From an uncultured Opitutia bacterium (GTDB lineage: Bacteria; Verrucomicrobiota; Verrucomicrobiia; Opitutales; Opitutaceae): DNA of 64,000 nt. How positions within the stretch are numbered: the first letter of the stretch is position 1; every line of letters begins with the position of its first letter. The position numbers were made by a program, and so were the translations under genes. Positions 8,824-18,377 of the stretch are shown here, in pieces. The DNA is taken from the NCBI GenBank assembly GCA_903869665.1, contig CAIPZZ010000030.1, positions 12,857-76,856 on the forward strand, given 5' to 3'. A model generated the notes under the pieces. It was not told where the DNA came from and searched no databases. It worked only from the letters and a program-made list of their open reading frames with translations.

Positions 8824-9831
8824 TCAGTTCCAGTCCGTCTTCTCCTTCGGCTCCGGCAGCGGCAGTTCTCCGAGCTTGCCGGCGTCGCGCACGACCTCGT
8901 AGGCGGTGCGAAAGTGGAGCTTGGCAAATTCGCCCAGCGCGCGCGCGCCGAACCGGTTGATGATCTCGTGCGCCTGCTGCTTCACGAGCGGGCCGGCGCC
9001 TTTCTGGAGCTTCGCGCCGAACTTTTTCGAGAGCGTGTGCATTTGCCGCACAAACTCCGCGCGCGCCACGACCGACGCCGCCGCGACCACCGGGTCCTCC
9101 TCGGCCTTCGTCCGCATCCGCAGGTCGAAGTCCTTCACGCCCTTCCTCGCCAGCTCGCGCTGCACAAGTGGCTGTTTGGTGAACTGGTCGAGCAGGCCCC
9201 ACGGCACGCGCCGCTCGGCGAGCGCCTGTTCCAGCGCGGTCGCGTGCTGCCAGGCGAGCAGACGGTTGAGATTCGCGCCGGGGCGCGACATCAACTCGTT
9301 GTATTTCGGCATCCCGCAGAGGCAGGTTCGCACCACTGCGCCGTGCGTCTCCCGGATGATCTTGTCCAATTTGATGATCTGGCTCTCGGCGATTTTCTTG
9401 GAGTCCTGCACGCCGGCCGCGCGCCACGCCTCGATCATGGGTTTTTGCGCGATGACGGTCGCGGCGACGACCGGGCCGAAAAAGTCACCCTTGCCGCTCT
9501 CGTCGAGGCCGGCGTGCGCCTCGAACCAGTCCGGGTGCAGCACCTCGTCGTAACCGAGCCGCGCCGCGCCGATCACGTCGGGCTCCAGCGTCATGGTGAC
9601 AAACTCCTCGGTGCCCTTGCCGGCGATGACGACCTTACCGCTCTCGTAGGCGGTGACGTTGACCTTGGCGTGGTCGGCCTTGAACGCGAAGCGCGCGTAG
9701 GCGACCTCGAATGGCATCCAGCCGCGCTCCTCGCAAATGGCGCGGAGTTTGTCCATCTGGGCGTCGTCGAGCTTCGCGGTGTAGGTCGCGAGTGTCTTCG
9801 GCTTTTTCTCGTCGGGAGACGGCTTGGGCAT
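8824..9831 (-). CDS. rnhC: ribonuclease HIII
   Basis: Homology from MPKPSPDEKK (ATG 9831); N-terminal TBP-like domain (VTAYESGKVVIAGKG) and RNase HII/HIII fold with GLDESGKGDFFGPVV. Confidence 0.85.
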   Translation of the reverse strand: MPKPSPDEKKPKTLATYTAKLDDAQMDKLRAICEERGWMPFEVAYARFAFKADHAKVNVTAYESGKVVIAGKGTEEFVTMTLEPDVIGAARLGYDEVLHPDWFEAHAGLDESGKGDFFGPVVAATVIAQKPMIEAWRAAGVQDSKKIAESQIIKLDKIIRETHGAVVRTCLCGMPKYNELMSRPGANLNRLLAWQHATALEQALAERRVPWGLLDQFTKQPLVQRELARKGVKDFDLRMRTKAEEDPVVAAASVVARAEFVRQMHTLSKKFGAKLQKGAGPLVKQQAHEIINRFGARALGEFAKLHFRTAYEVVRDAGKLGELPLPEPKEKTDWN

Positions 9832-9840
9832 GGATTTAAT

Positions 9841-9926
9841 GGCCACAAAAAACACGAAAAGGCACGAAAAAGAAAACGCGGCTTTCGTCGTCCGGCTTTT
9901 TGTGCCTTTTCGTGTTCTTCGTGGCC
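9841..9926. repeat. near-perfect 31-bp hairpin (CACGAAAA stutter family)
   Basis: GGCCACAAAAAACACGAAAAGGCACGAAAAAG (9841-9872) pairs with CTTTTTGTGCCTTTTCGTGTTCTTCGTGGCC (9896-9926), about 3 mismatches; roughly 10-nt unit period. Confidence 0.85.
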
Positions 9927-10982
9927 AATCATTCCCCCCATCTCCTAGCGGCCAAGGCCGGCTTCCAGCGCGCGCTGCGCGGGTGGTTCCGCGCGCACGC
10001 CCGCGCACTCCCGTGGCGCGAATCGCCGTCGCCCTACAAGACGGTCGTGAGCGAGTTCATGCTCCAGCAGACACAGGTGAAAACCGTCCTGCCCTACCTC
10101 GCGCGCTGGCTCGTGGAGCTGCCGGATTTCGCCGCACTCGCCGCCGCGCCCGAGGAACGCGTGCTCAAGCTCTGGGAGGGCCTCGGCTACTACTCGCGTG
10201 CGCGCAACCTGCACCGGCTGGCGAAGGAAATCGTGGCGCGCGGCGGCGTGCTGCCGCGCACACCGGAGGCGTGGCGCGAGCTGCCGGGCGTCGGCCCCTA
10301 CACGGCGGCGGCGGTCACGAGCATCGCGTTCGGCGCGCGCGCGGCGTGTGTGGACGGCAACGTCGTCCGAATCCTCGCGCGCCTGACGGCCGACGGCACG
10401 GAGTTCCGCGACAGCGCGAGCGCGGCCAAGGTGTTCGCCCCGCTCGCTGATGCGTTGCTGCCGGCGGAAGACCCCGGCGCGCACAACGAGGCCATGATGG
10501 AGTTGGGCGCGACCGTGTGCCTGAAAAGCAAGTCGCTCTGTTCGGTGTGCCCGGTGCGCAGTTTCTGCGCAGCCGCAGCGCACGGTGAACCGGAAAGTTT
10601 TCCGCGTCTCGCACCGAAGCAAACCGAACGTCGCGAAGTCGTGCGCGTGTGGTGCGTGCGGCGCGGCGCGCTCCTGCTGCACCAAGCGTCGGCCGGCGCG
10701 AAGCGACTCGCCGGCCAGCACGAGTTGCCGACGGCGGTGCAGGCCGGACTGGCGGACGCCACTGTGATGCGTGGTGAACTGCTCGCACGCCGGAAGCGCA
10801 GCATCACGCGCTTTGCGATCACCGAGACGATTTTCCGCGCCACACCGCCGCGAGGGAAACTCGGTGACGGCTTGGCCTGGGTGCCGCTGGCGAAGCTCGG
10901 CGACATCACCCTCTCCGGCCCGCACCGACGCTGGGTGGAGGAGGTGTTGCGTGCAACCTCTCGCAGCGTCGAGGCGTCTTAG
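9900..10982 (+). CDS. mutY: A/G-specific adenine DNA glycosylase
   Basis: HhH-GPD core (LPWRESPSPYKTVVSEFMLQQTQV, GLGYYSRARNL), Fe-S Cys cluster CLKSKSLCSVCPVRSFC, NUDIX-like C-terminus; no ATG upstream of core, so start is TTG 9900, GTG 9912 or GTG 9921. Confidence 0.88.
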   Translation: MCLFVFFVANHSPHLLAAKAGFQRALRGWFRAHARALPWRESPSPYKTVVSEFMLQQTQVKTVLPYLARWLVELPDFAALAAAPEERVLKLWEGLGYYSRARNLHRLAKEIVARGGVLPRTPEAWRELPGVGPYTAAAVTSIAFGARAACVDGNVVRILARLTADGTEFRDSASAAKVFAPLADALLPAEDPGAHNEAMMELGATVCLKSKSLCSVCPVRSFCAAAAHGEPESFPRLAPKQTERREVVRVWCVRRGALLLHQASAGAKRLAGQHELPTAVQAGLADATVMRGELLARRKRSITRFAITETIFRATPPRGKLGDGLAWVPLAKLGDITLSGPHRRWVEEVLRATSRSVEAS

Positions 10983-10993
10983 CCTGCGTCAAC

Positions 10994-11461
10994 ATGATCA
11001 ATTCCAGTATCACGTTCCGGAGGCAAAACAGACGCGGCCGAAATCTGGTCGGTGGGATCGTGATTCTAGCGATTATCGGGTTTATGATCTACTTGGGATT
11101 CGATTCCGATCCCGGTGTCGAAATTTTACTACGAGCCAGAACCGAAACGACGAAGATATTTGTGAGATCGGTAGTTGTGCCCCCACTCAAACGTTATCTA
11201 GGCGACATGGGAGAATTGCCATCAACCACAGAAGGCCTGACCGCTTTGCTGCTGGCTCCAGCTAATAAGCACGAAAAATGGAAGGGGCCTTATCTCGAAG
11301 TGAGTCCTCCAGATCGAATGCCTATCGACCCGTGGCTGCATGATTATGTTTACCGTTTCCCCGGCATGCACAATAAAGACAGCTACGATATTTTTTCTTG
11401 CGGCCCCGACGGCATCGCCGGCACCGACGACGACATCGGCAACTGGAAGCCAGCTAGATAG
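10994..11461 (+). CDS. type II secretion GspG-like pseudopilin domain protein (no prepilin cleavage motif)
   Basis: 155-aa ORF; C-terminal two thirds match the GspG globular domain (GELPSTTEGLTALL, KWKGPYL, DPW..YVYR.PG, DIFSCGPDG..GTDDDIGNW); N-terminus has a TM helix but no G/FTLIE motif; lower GC. Confidence 0.7.
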   Translation: MINSSITFRRQNRRGRNLVGGIVILAIIGFMIYLGFDSDPGVEILLRARTETTKIFVRSVVVPPLKRYLGDMGELPSTTEGLTALLLAPANKHEKWKGPYLEVSPPDRMPIDPWLHDYVYRFPGMHNKDSYDIFSCGPDGIAGTDDDIGNWKPAR

Positions 11462-11596
11462 AGCCGGAAGGCCGGCCTTTGAATGGCATCAGCGGTCTCG
11501 CCCGTGTTTTCAAACCATGGGCGGGACGCCCATGCTACGCCGAAAATGCCATCTCGAAAAACGCGCCGGGGACGGCGCGTTCCACCCCGATCACCC

Positions 11597-12553
11597 TCAC
11601 GCCAGCCCTGGCGCCTCGGCCATCAGCTTCTCGATGCGCTCTTTCGACCAGCGGACCTCGTCCACGGTCAGGCGCGGGCTGAACTCCAGCGTGAGCAGGT
11701 GTTCGGGCCGCCAGAAGGAGCTGATCATCTTGAAGTCCACCTTGCCGCTGCCGACAGGCTGGTGGTCGCGGCCCTCGTTGCTTACGTCGTGGAGGTGAAA
11801 GCCGAGCAGGCGCGGGGCCATTTTCTCCAAATGTGCGCGGTGGTTGAGCAGGCCAAGGTTTTCCTTGATGTGAGCGTGGCCGGTGTCGTGCCAGTAGCCA
11901 CCGGCGGCGGGCGTGGGCAGGCTGTCGAGCAGCGCGTTGAACTCGTCGTCAATGGGCAGCTCCTCGAATTTCTCCCGGTTCTCAAAGCCGAGCCTGACCC
12001 CGCGCTCGTTGGCGTAGGCATGGACGGCATTGATGCTGTCCTTCACGCGCTGCCAGAAGTCGGGCGCGCGCTTGCGGAGCTTGGCGACGGCCTTGCGGAG
12101 CACGGCCTGATAGGCGAGATCCTCGGCGGCGGGCACGCCGGGGTTGGCCTCGCGGAGGGCCTTGAGCTTGCGCGCGGGGTTGAGCCAGAAGAAGCGCACG
12201 CTGCCGAGGTGGCACACGAGCACCCGCGACTTGACCTGCGCGGCAAAGTCCAACGAACGCTTCGTCTGCCGCAGCCATTGCTCGCGCTCCTCGTCGCGTT
12301 GTGCGGAGGGCTCGAAAAGGTTGGGCGCGGGCATCATGATGCCCGGCGGCAGCGGGCAGAAATTATGCGTCGAGCTGATCTTGATGAAGCCCTCGTCCAC
12401 CGCCTGGAGGATGCCCGGCACGAGCACGATGCGGATGCCATGGCTGAGCTCGGCATGGGTGAAGCCGAGGTCGGCGATCTCGCGCAGCATGGCATACCCG
12501 TCCGTGTGGCGGAAGGAGTTCCAACTGGTTGAGAGCGCGAGCAGGGGCTTCAT
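11597..12553 (-). CDS. sugar phosphate isomerase/epimerase (xylose isomerase-like TIM barrel)
   Basis: Homology from MKPLLALSTSWNS (ATG 12553); pattern of AP endonuclease 2/xylose isomerase-like TIM barrels (GFTHAELSHG, VLVCHLG, HDTGHAH, HLHD). Confidence 0.78.
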   Translation of the reverse strand: MKPLLALSTSWNSFRHTDGYAMLREIADLGFTHAELSHGIRIVLVPGILQAVDEGFIKISSTHNFCPLPPGIMMPAPNLFEPSAQRDEEREQWLRQTKRSLDFAAQVKSRVLVCHLGSVRFFWLNPARKLKALREANPGVPAAEDLAYQAVLRKAVAKLRKRAPDFWQRVKDSINAVHAYANERGVRLGFENREKFEELPIDDEFNALLDSLPTPAAGGYWHDTGHAHIKENLGLLNHRAHLEKMAPRLLGFHLHDVSNEGRDHQPVGSGKVDFKMISSFWRPEHLLTLEFSPRLTVDEVRWSKERIEKLMAEAPGLA

Positions 12554-12600
12554 GGCGGCGGGCGGGGCGAAACCATCGGATAGGACGGGCGGCGGGGCAA

Positions 12601-12643
12601 CCAAAACAAACGCCGCGCCCCCGGCGGGCGGGCGGGCGCGGCG
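12601..12643 (-). terminator. rho-independent terminator after rpsU
   Basis: On minus strand CGCCGCGCCC (13-nt loop) GGGCGCGGCG followed by TTTGTTTTGG; lies between rpsU stop and the next gene. Confidence 0.55.
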
Positions 12644-12664
12644 GCGGACAGCGGCGAAGGCCGC

Positions 12665-12862
12665 TTACTCGGCGTGGCGGCGGCGGAGCATGGCGGTGAA
12701 CGCCATGACCTTCTCCTTGCGGCGGCGGCGCTCGCAGGGCTTCTCGTTGTAGCGCTTGGCGCGCGTGCCTTTGATGATGTTCTCGCGGTCGAGCTTCTTC
12801 TTCATGCGCCGGAGGGCGCGGTCAACGGGCTCGTTTTTGCGGATTTTGATTTCGATGGACAT
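12665..12862 (-). CDS. rpsU: 30S ribosomal protein S21
   Basis: 65-aa MSIEIKIRKNEPVDRALRRMKKKLDRENIIKGTRAKRYNEKPCERRRRKEK; ATG at 12862 inside longer ORF 12665..12985. Confidence 0.9.
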   Translation of the reverse strand: MSIEIKIRKNEPVDRALRRMKKKLDRENIIKGTRAKRYNEKPCERRRRKEKVMAFTAMLRRRHAE

Positions 12863-12981
12863 GAGGGCGGACGGAGGAAAGTGGGCGGAAGTTGGAAGAG
12901 AAAAGGGGTGCAGCAGGCCAGTGACGGGGGCGGGCGTCAACGGCATTTTTCTGGACGAAAAAGCGCATCCAACCGCCCGTC

Positions 12982-13584
12982 TCAATGAAACTCGACCTCG
13001 AACGTGAGCTGCCCGGCGGTCACTTTGGCCGGCACATACTCGAACTCGATGTCCGGGACGAAATAGTCGCCATAAATCTGCCAGTCCACGTCGCCTGAGA
13101 TTGGCTGCGGCTCGGACGCGTTGAGCGGCCCTTTGATCATCGCCGCGCCTTCAATGTGGCCGTGAACATGCAAGGTGACGCCGGACACATGTTTGGCGTC
13201 GGTGGTGCGAAAGGTGAGCCTTTGTGACTCGGTCACGCGTGTGATTTGCTGGGTTTGGCTTTTCCATCCCCATACATGCGAGGGCAGGACGTATGCAATG
13301 ATGGCCCCGGCAACCACAAAATTGGAAAGCAGCAGGCCGGCGCAGCCAAGAGTCGAAAGCCAAAGCTTCCGACGGGGAAACCCAGGTGTTTGCCAGCCAA
13401 AATAAAAATAAATGGCCAGGGAAAACGCGCCGGTCAGGAATGCCAGAACTCCTACGAAGATGGTGCAGAGGCCGGCCAGCATCAACCAGTCCCACCCCGT
13501 GACAAGCCACAGCAGAAAAATGGTGACGCCGACTACCAGCGGGCAGGCTCCACAAAGCAGGGCGTTGCGATAGGCGCGGTTCAC
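12982..13584 (-). CDS. hypothetical membrane protein
   Basis: ORF 12982..13761 would overlap the dnaE start; GTG 13584 precedes four predicted TM helices and a soluble C-terminal domain; start uncertain. Confidence 0.5.
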   Translation of the reverse strand: MNRAYRNALLCGACPLVVGVTIFLLWLVTGWDWLMLAGLCTIFVGVLAFLTGAFSLAIYFYFGWQTPGFPRRKLWLSTLGCAGLLLSNFVVAGAIIAYVLPSHVWGWKSQTQQITRVTESQRLTFRTTDAKHVSGVTLHVHGHIEGAAMIKGPLNASEPQPISGDVDWQIYGDYFVPDIEFEYVPAKVTAGQLTFEVEFH

Positions 13585-13676
13585 CGCGTGAGCAAAGGAG
13601 CGCCAACTCCGTCGCGCAAGGTTCGTTTCTCCGCTGCTATTTTTGGTTTCACGCTTGCCCCACCGGGCGCGCGGCG

Positions 13677-16600
13677 TTGGCTCGCGCGACCGTGCCGGCC
13701 GCCGACCCAGACTTCGTCCATCTCCACGTCCACAGCGACTACAGCCTGCTGGACGGAGCATGCCGCATTGATCGGCTGATGGATCGCGCGGTCGAGTTGG
13801 GCATGGGCGCCCTGGCCCTCACCGACCACGGCAACCTCTTCGGCGCGATTGATTTTTACAGCTCGGCCAAGGCCAAAGGCATCAAGCCCCTCGTCGGATG
13901 CGAGCTTTACCTCGCCGCCGGCTCGCGCCTCGACCGGCAGGGCCGCTCCGACGAGGGCAAGTCCATCTACCACCTCGGCCTGCTCGCCCAAAACCTCACC
14001 GGCTACCAAAACCTGCTCAAGCTCGTCTCCGACGCGCACCTCAAGGGTTTTTACTACAAGCCGCGCACCGATCTCGACACCCTCGCCAAGCACGCCGGAG
14101 GCCTCATCGGCTTCACCGGCTGCCTCGCCTCGCTCGTGCCGCAGCACCTGCTCAACGACCGCTATGACGAGGCGCGCGCAGCCTGCGGACGTTTCGTGGA
14201 GATTTTTGGCCGCGAGAATTATTTCGTGGAAATCCAAGACCACGGCCTCCCCGAGCAGCGCCAGATCATCCCCGGCCTGCTCAAGCTCGGCGAGGAGTTC
14301 GGCCTCAAGGTGATTTGCTCCAACGACGTTCACTACGTCAACGCCGCCGACGCCGGCCCGCACGACACGCTCCTCTGCATCCAGACGGGCGCGAAGGTCG
14401 CCCAGACCGACCGCATGAAGTTCACGGGCACGCAGTTTTTTCTGAAGTCGCGCGCCGAGATGGCGCAGGTCTTCGCCGAGGTGCCCGAGTCGGTGACCAA
14501 CACCCGGCTCGTCGCCGAGATGTGCGACCTCACGATCCCGTTTCCCAAGGGCAGCGAGCGCTACCCCAAATTTCCGCTCCCGCCCGAGGTCTCGTCGAAG
14601 ACCGATCGCGCCGGCTACTTGCGCGAGCTGTGCCTCGCCGGCCTGAAAACCCGCTATGGCCTCGACGTCGCCGCGCCCGAAAAATTCGCCGACGCCGCGC
14701 TCGCCAAGACGCTCGCCGAGCGCCTCGACTTCGAGCTGAGCATCATCAGCAAGACCGGCTTTATTGATTATTTTCTCGTCGTCTGGGACTTCATTGACTG
14801 GGCGAAACGCCAGGGCATCCCCGTCGGCCCCGGCCGCGGCTCGGGCGCGGGCTGCATCGTCGCTTATCTGCTCGGTATCACCAACCTCGACCCGCTGCGC
14901 TTCAAGCTGCTCTTCGAACGCTTTCTCAACCCCGAGCGCGTCTCACCGCCGGACTTCGATATTGATTTTTGCATGCGGCGGCGCGGCGAGGTCATCAGCT
15001 ACGTCCGCCAAAAATACGGCAACGATTGCGTCGCTAATATCATCACCTACGGCACCCTCGGGGCCAAGGCCGTCATCCGCGACGTCTCGCGCGTCCACGA
15101 CCTCCCCTACGCCGACGCCGACCGTCTGGCCAAGATGATCCCGGACGAGCTGAACATCACGCTCGAGACCGCCGTCGCCAAGTCCGAGGAGCTCCGCAAC
15201 GAGGTCACCAAAAACCCAGTCGCCAAAAAAATCTACGACCAGGCACTGGTCCTCGAAGGCATGGTGCGTAACACCGGCAAGCACGCCGCCGGCATCATCA
15301 TCACCGACCAACCGCTGGAGAACTTTGTCCCGCTCACCTTGCAGGAGGACGACGTGACCGTGCAGTTCGACATGAACGCCGTCGGCAAGCTCGGCCTGCT
15401 CAAGATGGATTTTCTCGGGCTCAAGACGCTTACCGTCATCGCCGACGCCGTGGAAAACATCCGCCGCACCGCCGACCCGAAATTCGACATCGAGGCCATC
15501 CCGCTGGAGGACGCGAAGACCTTCGCTCTCCTCAACTCCGGCCGCACGACTGGCGTGTTTCAGTTGGAATCCGGCGGCATGCAGAACCTCTGTCGCCAGA
15601 TCGGCCTGTCCTCTATTGACGAGATCGTTGCCCTCATCGCTCTCTACCGCCCCGGCCCGATGGACTGGATTCCCGACTATGTGCGCGGCAAAAAGGACCC
15701 GAGCACGGTCACGTTTCCCCACCCGCTCCTTGAGGAAGTCTGCCGCGAAACCTACGGCGTGATGGTTTACCAGGAGCAGGTCATGGAGGCCGCGAAGATC
15801 ATCGCGGGCTATACGCTCGGTGGTGCCGACATGCTGCGCCGCGCCATGGGTAAAAAGGACGCCGACGCCATGGCCAAAGAGCGCGCCAAGTTCGTCGAGG
15901 GCGCGTCCAAGGTTAACAAAATCGACGCGAAGACCGCCAACGCGATCTTCGACATCCTTAACAAATTTGCCGGCTACGGCTTTAACAAATCGCACTCCGC
16001 CGCCTACGCCGTCCTCAGCTACCAGACCGGTTTTCTCAAGGCCAACTACCCGGTGCAGTTCATGGCCGCCATGCTCACGTCCGAGCTCGGCAACTCCGAG
16101 AAGGTCGCACACTTCGTCGCCGAATGCGAAGCGATGGGCCTCAAGGTCCTGGGCCCCGACGTGAACGAGTCGCGCGTCAACTTCACCCCTGTTGGCGACA
16201 AAATCCGCTTCGGCTTGGCCGGTATCAAGGGAGTGGGCGAGCAGGCCGCGCAGAAAATCCTCGAGGAGCGCGAGCGCGGCGGCCCATTCAAGGATTTCGC
16301 GGACTTCAGCGCGCGGGTGGACGCGCGTGCGCTCAACAAGCGTGTGCTCGAGCACCTAGTGAAAACCGGCGCGTTCGACTTCAGCGGCGCGCCGCGCAAG
16401 CAGATCTTTGACGGCATTGACGCCGCGCTTGCTGGTGCCGCGTCCGCTGCCCGCGACAAGGCCGCCGGCCAGCACAGCTTCCTCGATACCTTGGCCGAGG
16501 ATCCGCCGCCCGCCGCGCCCGCTCAAAATTCAAATTCCAAAAACCAAGGTCAGAGCGGGGATTTCCCGCCCGCCGAACGCCTCGCCTTCGAGCGTGAGCT

Positions 16601-17255
16601 GCTCGGCTTTTACGTCTCGGGGCACCCGCTCAACGCCTATGCCGGCCTCGCCGAGGCGCTGGACACTTTTCCCGTGGACGAGCTGCTGCGCCAGCCCGAC
16701 CGCACCGAGTTTCGTCTCTGCGGCATCGTCAGCGGCATCGCAAAAAAACTCTCGAAAAAGGACAATCGCCCCTGGGCCGCATTCACCCTCGCCACCAAGA
16801 AAGCCTCGGTGCCGCTCAACATGTTCGCCGACGCCTACGCGGCCGACGGCACCAAGCTCGCCGAAAACGCCCTTGTGCTCGTGCAGGGCAATATCCTCGC
16901 CGGCAACGACGGCCCGCGCATCAACGTCAAGGAATGCCACGCGCTCGACGCTCAGGTGTGCGCCCTCGTCCGCAAGGTCACCTGGCTCCTCCATCCCGCG
17001 CACTCTGACACGCCCGCCTTCCTCCGCCAGCTCCGCGACACCGTCAACCAGCAGCCCGGCGACACGCGTCTGGAGCTGGCTTTCCTCTTTGAAGACCGCG
17101 TCGCGGCTGTGGCCGAGGCCAGCGGCGCGCTCGCGTGGAAGCTGAACGCGCCGGCCTTCCAGCAGCTCCACTCCCACCCCGCCGTCGCCGGCGTGCAGCT
17201 CGAAACGAAGCGCCTCGAACTCCGCCAGGAACGTCGCTGGGGCCGACGCGGCTGA
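13677..17255 (+). CDS. dnaE: DNA polymerase III subunit alpha
   Basis: 1192-aa ORF; PHP domain HLHVHSDYSLLDG, pol III alpha core, HhH and OB-fold regions; TTG 13677 or GTG 13689 start. Confidence 0.97.
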   Translation: MARATVPAADPDFVHLHVHSDYSLLDGACRIDRLMDRAVELGMGALALTDHGNLFGAIDFYSSAKAKGIKPLVGCELYLAAGSRLDRQGRSDEGKSIYHLGLLAQNLTGYQNLLKLVSDAHLKGFYYKPRTDLDTLAKHAGGLIGFTGCLASLVPQHLLNDRYDEARAACGRFVEIFGRENYFVEIQDHGLPEQRQIIPGLLKLGEEFGLKVICSNDVHYVNAADAGPHDTLLCIQTGAKVAQTDRMKFTGTQFFLKSRAEMAQVFAEVPESVTNTRLVAEMCDLTIPFPKGSERYPKFPLPPEVSSKTDRAGYLRELCLAGLKTRYGLDVAAPEKFADAALAKTLAERLDFELSIISKTGFIDYFLVVWDFIDWAKRQGIPVGPGRGSGAGCIVAYLLGITNLDPLRFKLLFERFLNPERVSPPDFDIDFCMRRRGEVISYVRQKYGNDCVANIITYGTLGAKAVIRDVSRVHDLPYADADRLAKMIPDELNITLETAVAKSEELRNEVTKNPVAKKIYDQALVLEGMVRNTGKHAAGIIITDQPLENFVPLTLQEDDVTVQFDMNAVGKLGLLKMDFLGLKTLTVIADAVENIRRTADPKFDIEAIPLEDAKTFALLNSGRTTGVFQLESGGMQNLCRQIGLSSIDEIVALIALYRPGPMDWIPDYVRGKKDPSTVTFPHPLLEEVCRETYGVMVYQEQVMEAAKIIAGYTLGGADMLRRAMGKKDADAMAKERAKFVEGASKVNKIDAKTANAIFDILNKFAGYGFNKSHSAAYAVLSYQTGFLKANYPVQFMAAMLTSELGNSEKVAHFVAECEAMGLKVLGPDVNESRVNFTPVGDKIRFGLAGIKGVGEQAAQKILEERERGGPFKDFADFSARVDARALNKRVLEHLVKTGAFDFSGAPRKQIFDGIDAALAGAASAARDKAAGQHSFLDTLAEDPPPAAPAQNSNSKNQGQSGDFPPAERLAFERELLGFYVSGHPLNAYAGLAEALDTFPVDELLRQPDRTEFRLCGIVSGIAKKLSKKDNRPWAAFTLATKKASVPLNMFADAYAADGTKLAENALVLVQGNILAGNDGPRINVKECHALDAQVCALVRKVTWLLHPAHSDTPAFLRQLRDTVNQQPGDTRLELAFLFEDRVAAVAEASGALAWKLNAPAFQQLHSHPAVAGVQLETKRLELRQERRWGRRG

Positions 17256-17273
17256 GCCCCTGACCGAAATCAA

Positions 17274-18377
17274 ATGCCCGAACAATCCGCCATCAGCCAC
17301 GCCACGCGCGTGCTCGCCGCCGTGGACCACGGCGTGCGCGCCGACCTCGCGCTGCGCGACCATATTGCGCAGAACCGCCACCTCTCGCCGCCGGAAAAGC
17401 GCACCATCGCCCGCGCGGTGTTTGCGTATTTTCGCTGGCAGCAATGGCTCGATGCCCGCCAGTCGCCTCCACAACGCCTAGCCGCCGCATTGAAGCTACA
17501 GGCCGGCTTTGAGACTGACGAAAAATCCATTAAGCCTGAGGCTCTCGCCGCCCGCGCCGTGCCGGCGTGGCTGTGGGACGAGCTGCCGCCGCTGGACGCG
17601 CCCGGCAAGGCCGCGTTTCTCCGCCAGCTCCAGCGCGAGCCGGTGCTCTGGCTCCGCGCCCGGCCCGGCACGGCGGCCACCCTCGCGAAATCCCTCACCT
17701 CCTCGCCGACCGACCGCACCTCCGACGCGCTCCGTTACACCGGCGCACTGGACTTGTATCGCACGGAGCAGTTCCGCGACGGCGCGTTTGAAATTCAGGA
17801 TCTCGCCTCACAACTCGTCGGCCTCGCTTGTGCCCCGCAACCCGGCGAAACGTGGTGGGACGCCTGCGCCGGCGAGGGCGGCAAGACCCTCCATCTCGCC
17901 GACCTCATGGCTAACAAGGGCCTCGTCTGGGCCAGCGACCGCCACACCGGCCGGCTCACCAACCTCCAACGTCGTTTCGCCCGCGCCAAGTTGTTCAACT
18001 ACCGCGCAGCGCCGTGGGACGGCTCGGCCAAGCTGCCGACTAAGACCAAATTTGACGGCATCCTGGTGGACGCGCCGTGCAGCGGCACCGGCACTTGGCA
18101 GCGCAACCCGCAGGCGCGCTGGACCACCACGCCTGACGATGTGCGCGAACTCGCTGCCACCCAACTCGCGCTCCTCACGCACGTCGCCAGCTCGCTCAAG
18201 CCACACGGGCGGCTCATCTACGCCGTCTGCACCCTGACGTTGAGCGAGACGACCGCCGTCGCCGCCGCATTCACCGCCGCGCATCCCGAGCTGGAGCCGC
18301 AACCCGTGCAAACCATCTGGCCGCACGAGCTCAATGCCAACGGCATGTTCATCGCCGCGTGGAAACGAATAAAATAA
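17274..18377 (+). CDS. RsmB/NOL1/NOP2/Sun-family RNA m5C methyltransferase
   Basis: 367-aa ORF; short NusB-like N-terminus, SAM site DACAGEGGKT, catalytic DAPCSGTGTWQRNP. Confidence 0.85.
   Translation: MPEQSAISHATRVLAAVDHGVRADLALRDHIAQNRHLSPPEKRTIARAVFAYFRWQQWLDARQSPPQRLAAALKLQAGFETDEKSIKPEALAARAVPAWLWDELPPLDAPGKAAFLRQLQREPVLWLRARPGTAATLAKSLTSSPTDRTSDALRYTGALDLYRTEQFRDGAFEIQDLASQLVGLACAPQPGETWWDACAGEGGKTLHLADLMANKGLVWASDRHTGRLTNLQRRFARAKLFNYRAAPWDGSAKLPTKTKFDGILVDAPCSGTGTWQRNPQARWTTTPDDVRELAATQLALLTHVASSLKPHGRLIYAVCTLTLSETTAVAAAFTAAHPELEPQPVQTIWPHELNANGMFIAAWKRIK

Noticed and set aside
11463-11480. GCCGG-AAGG-CCGGC hairpin followed by CTTTG just after the GspG-like gene.
   Set aside because: The stem is only 5 bp and the U tract only 3 nt, too weak to report as a terminator.
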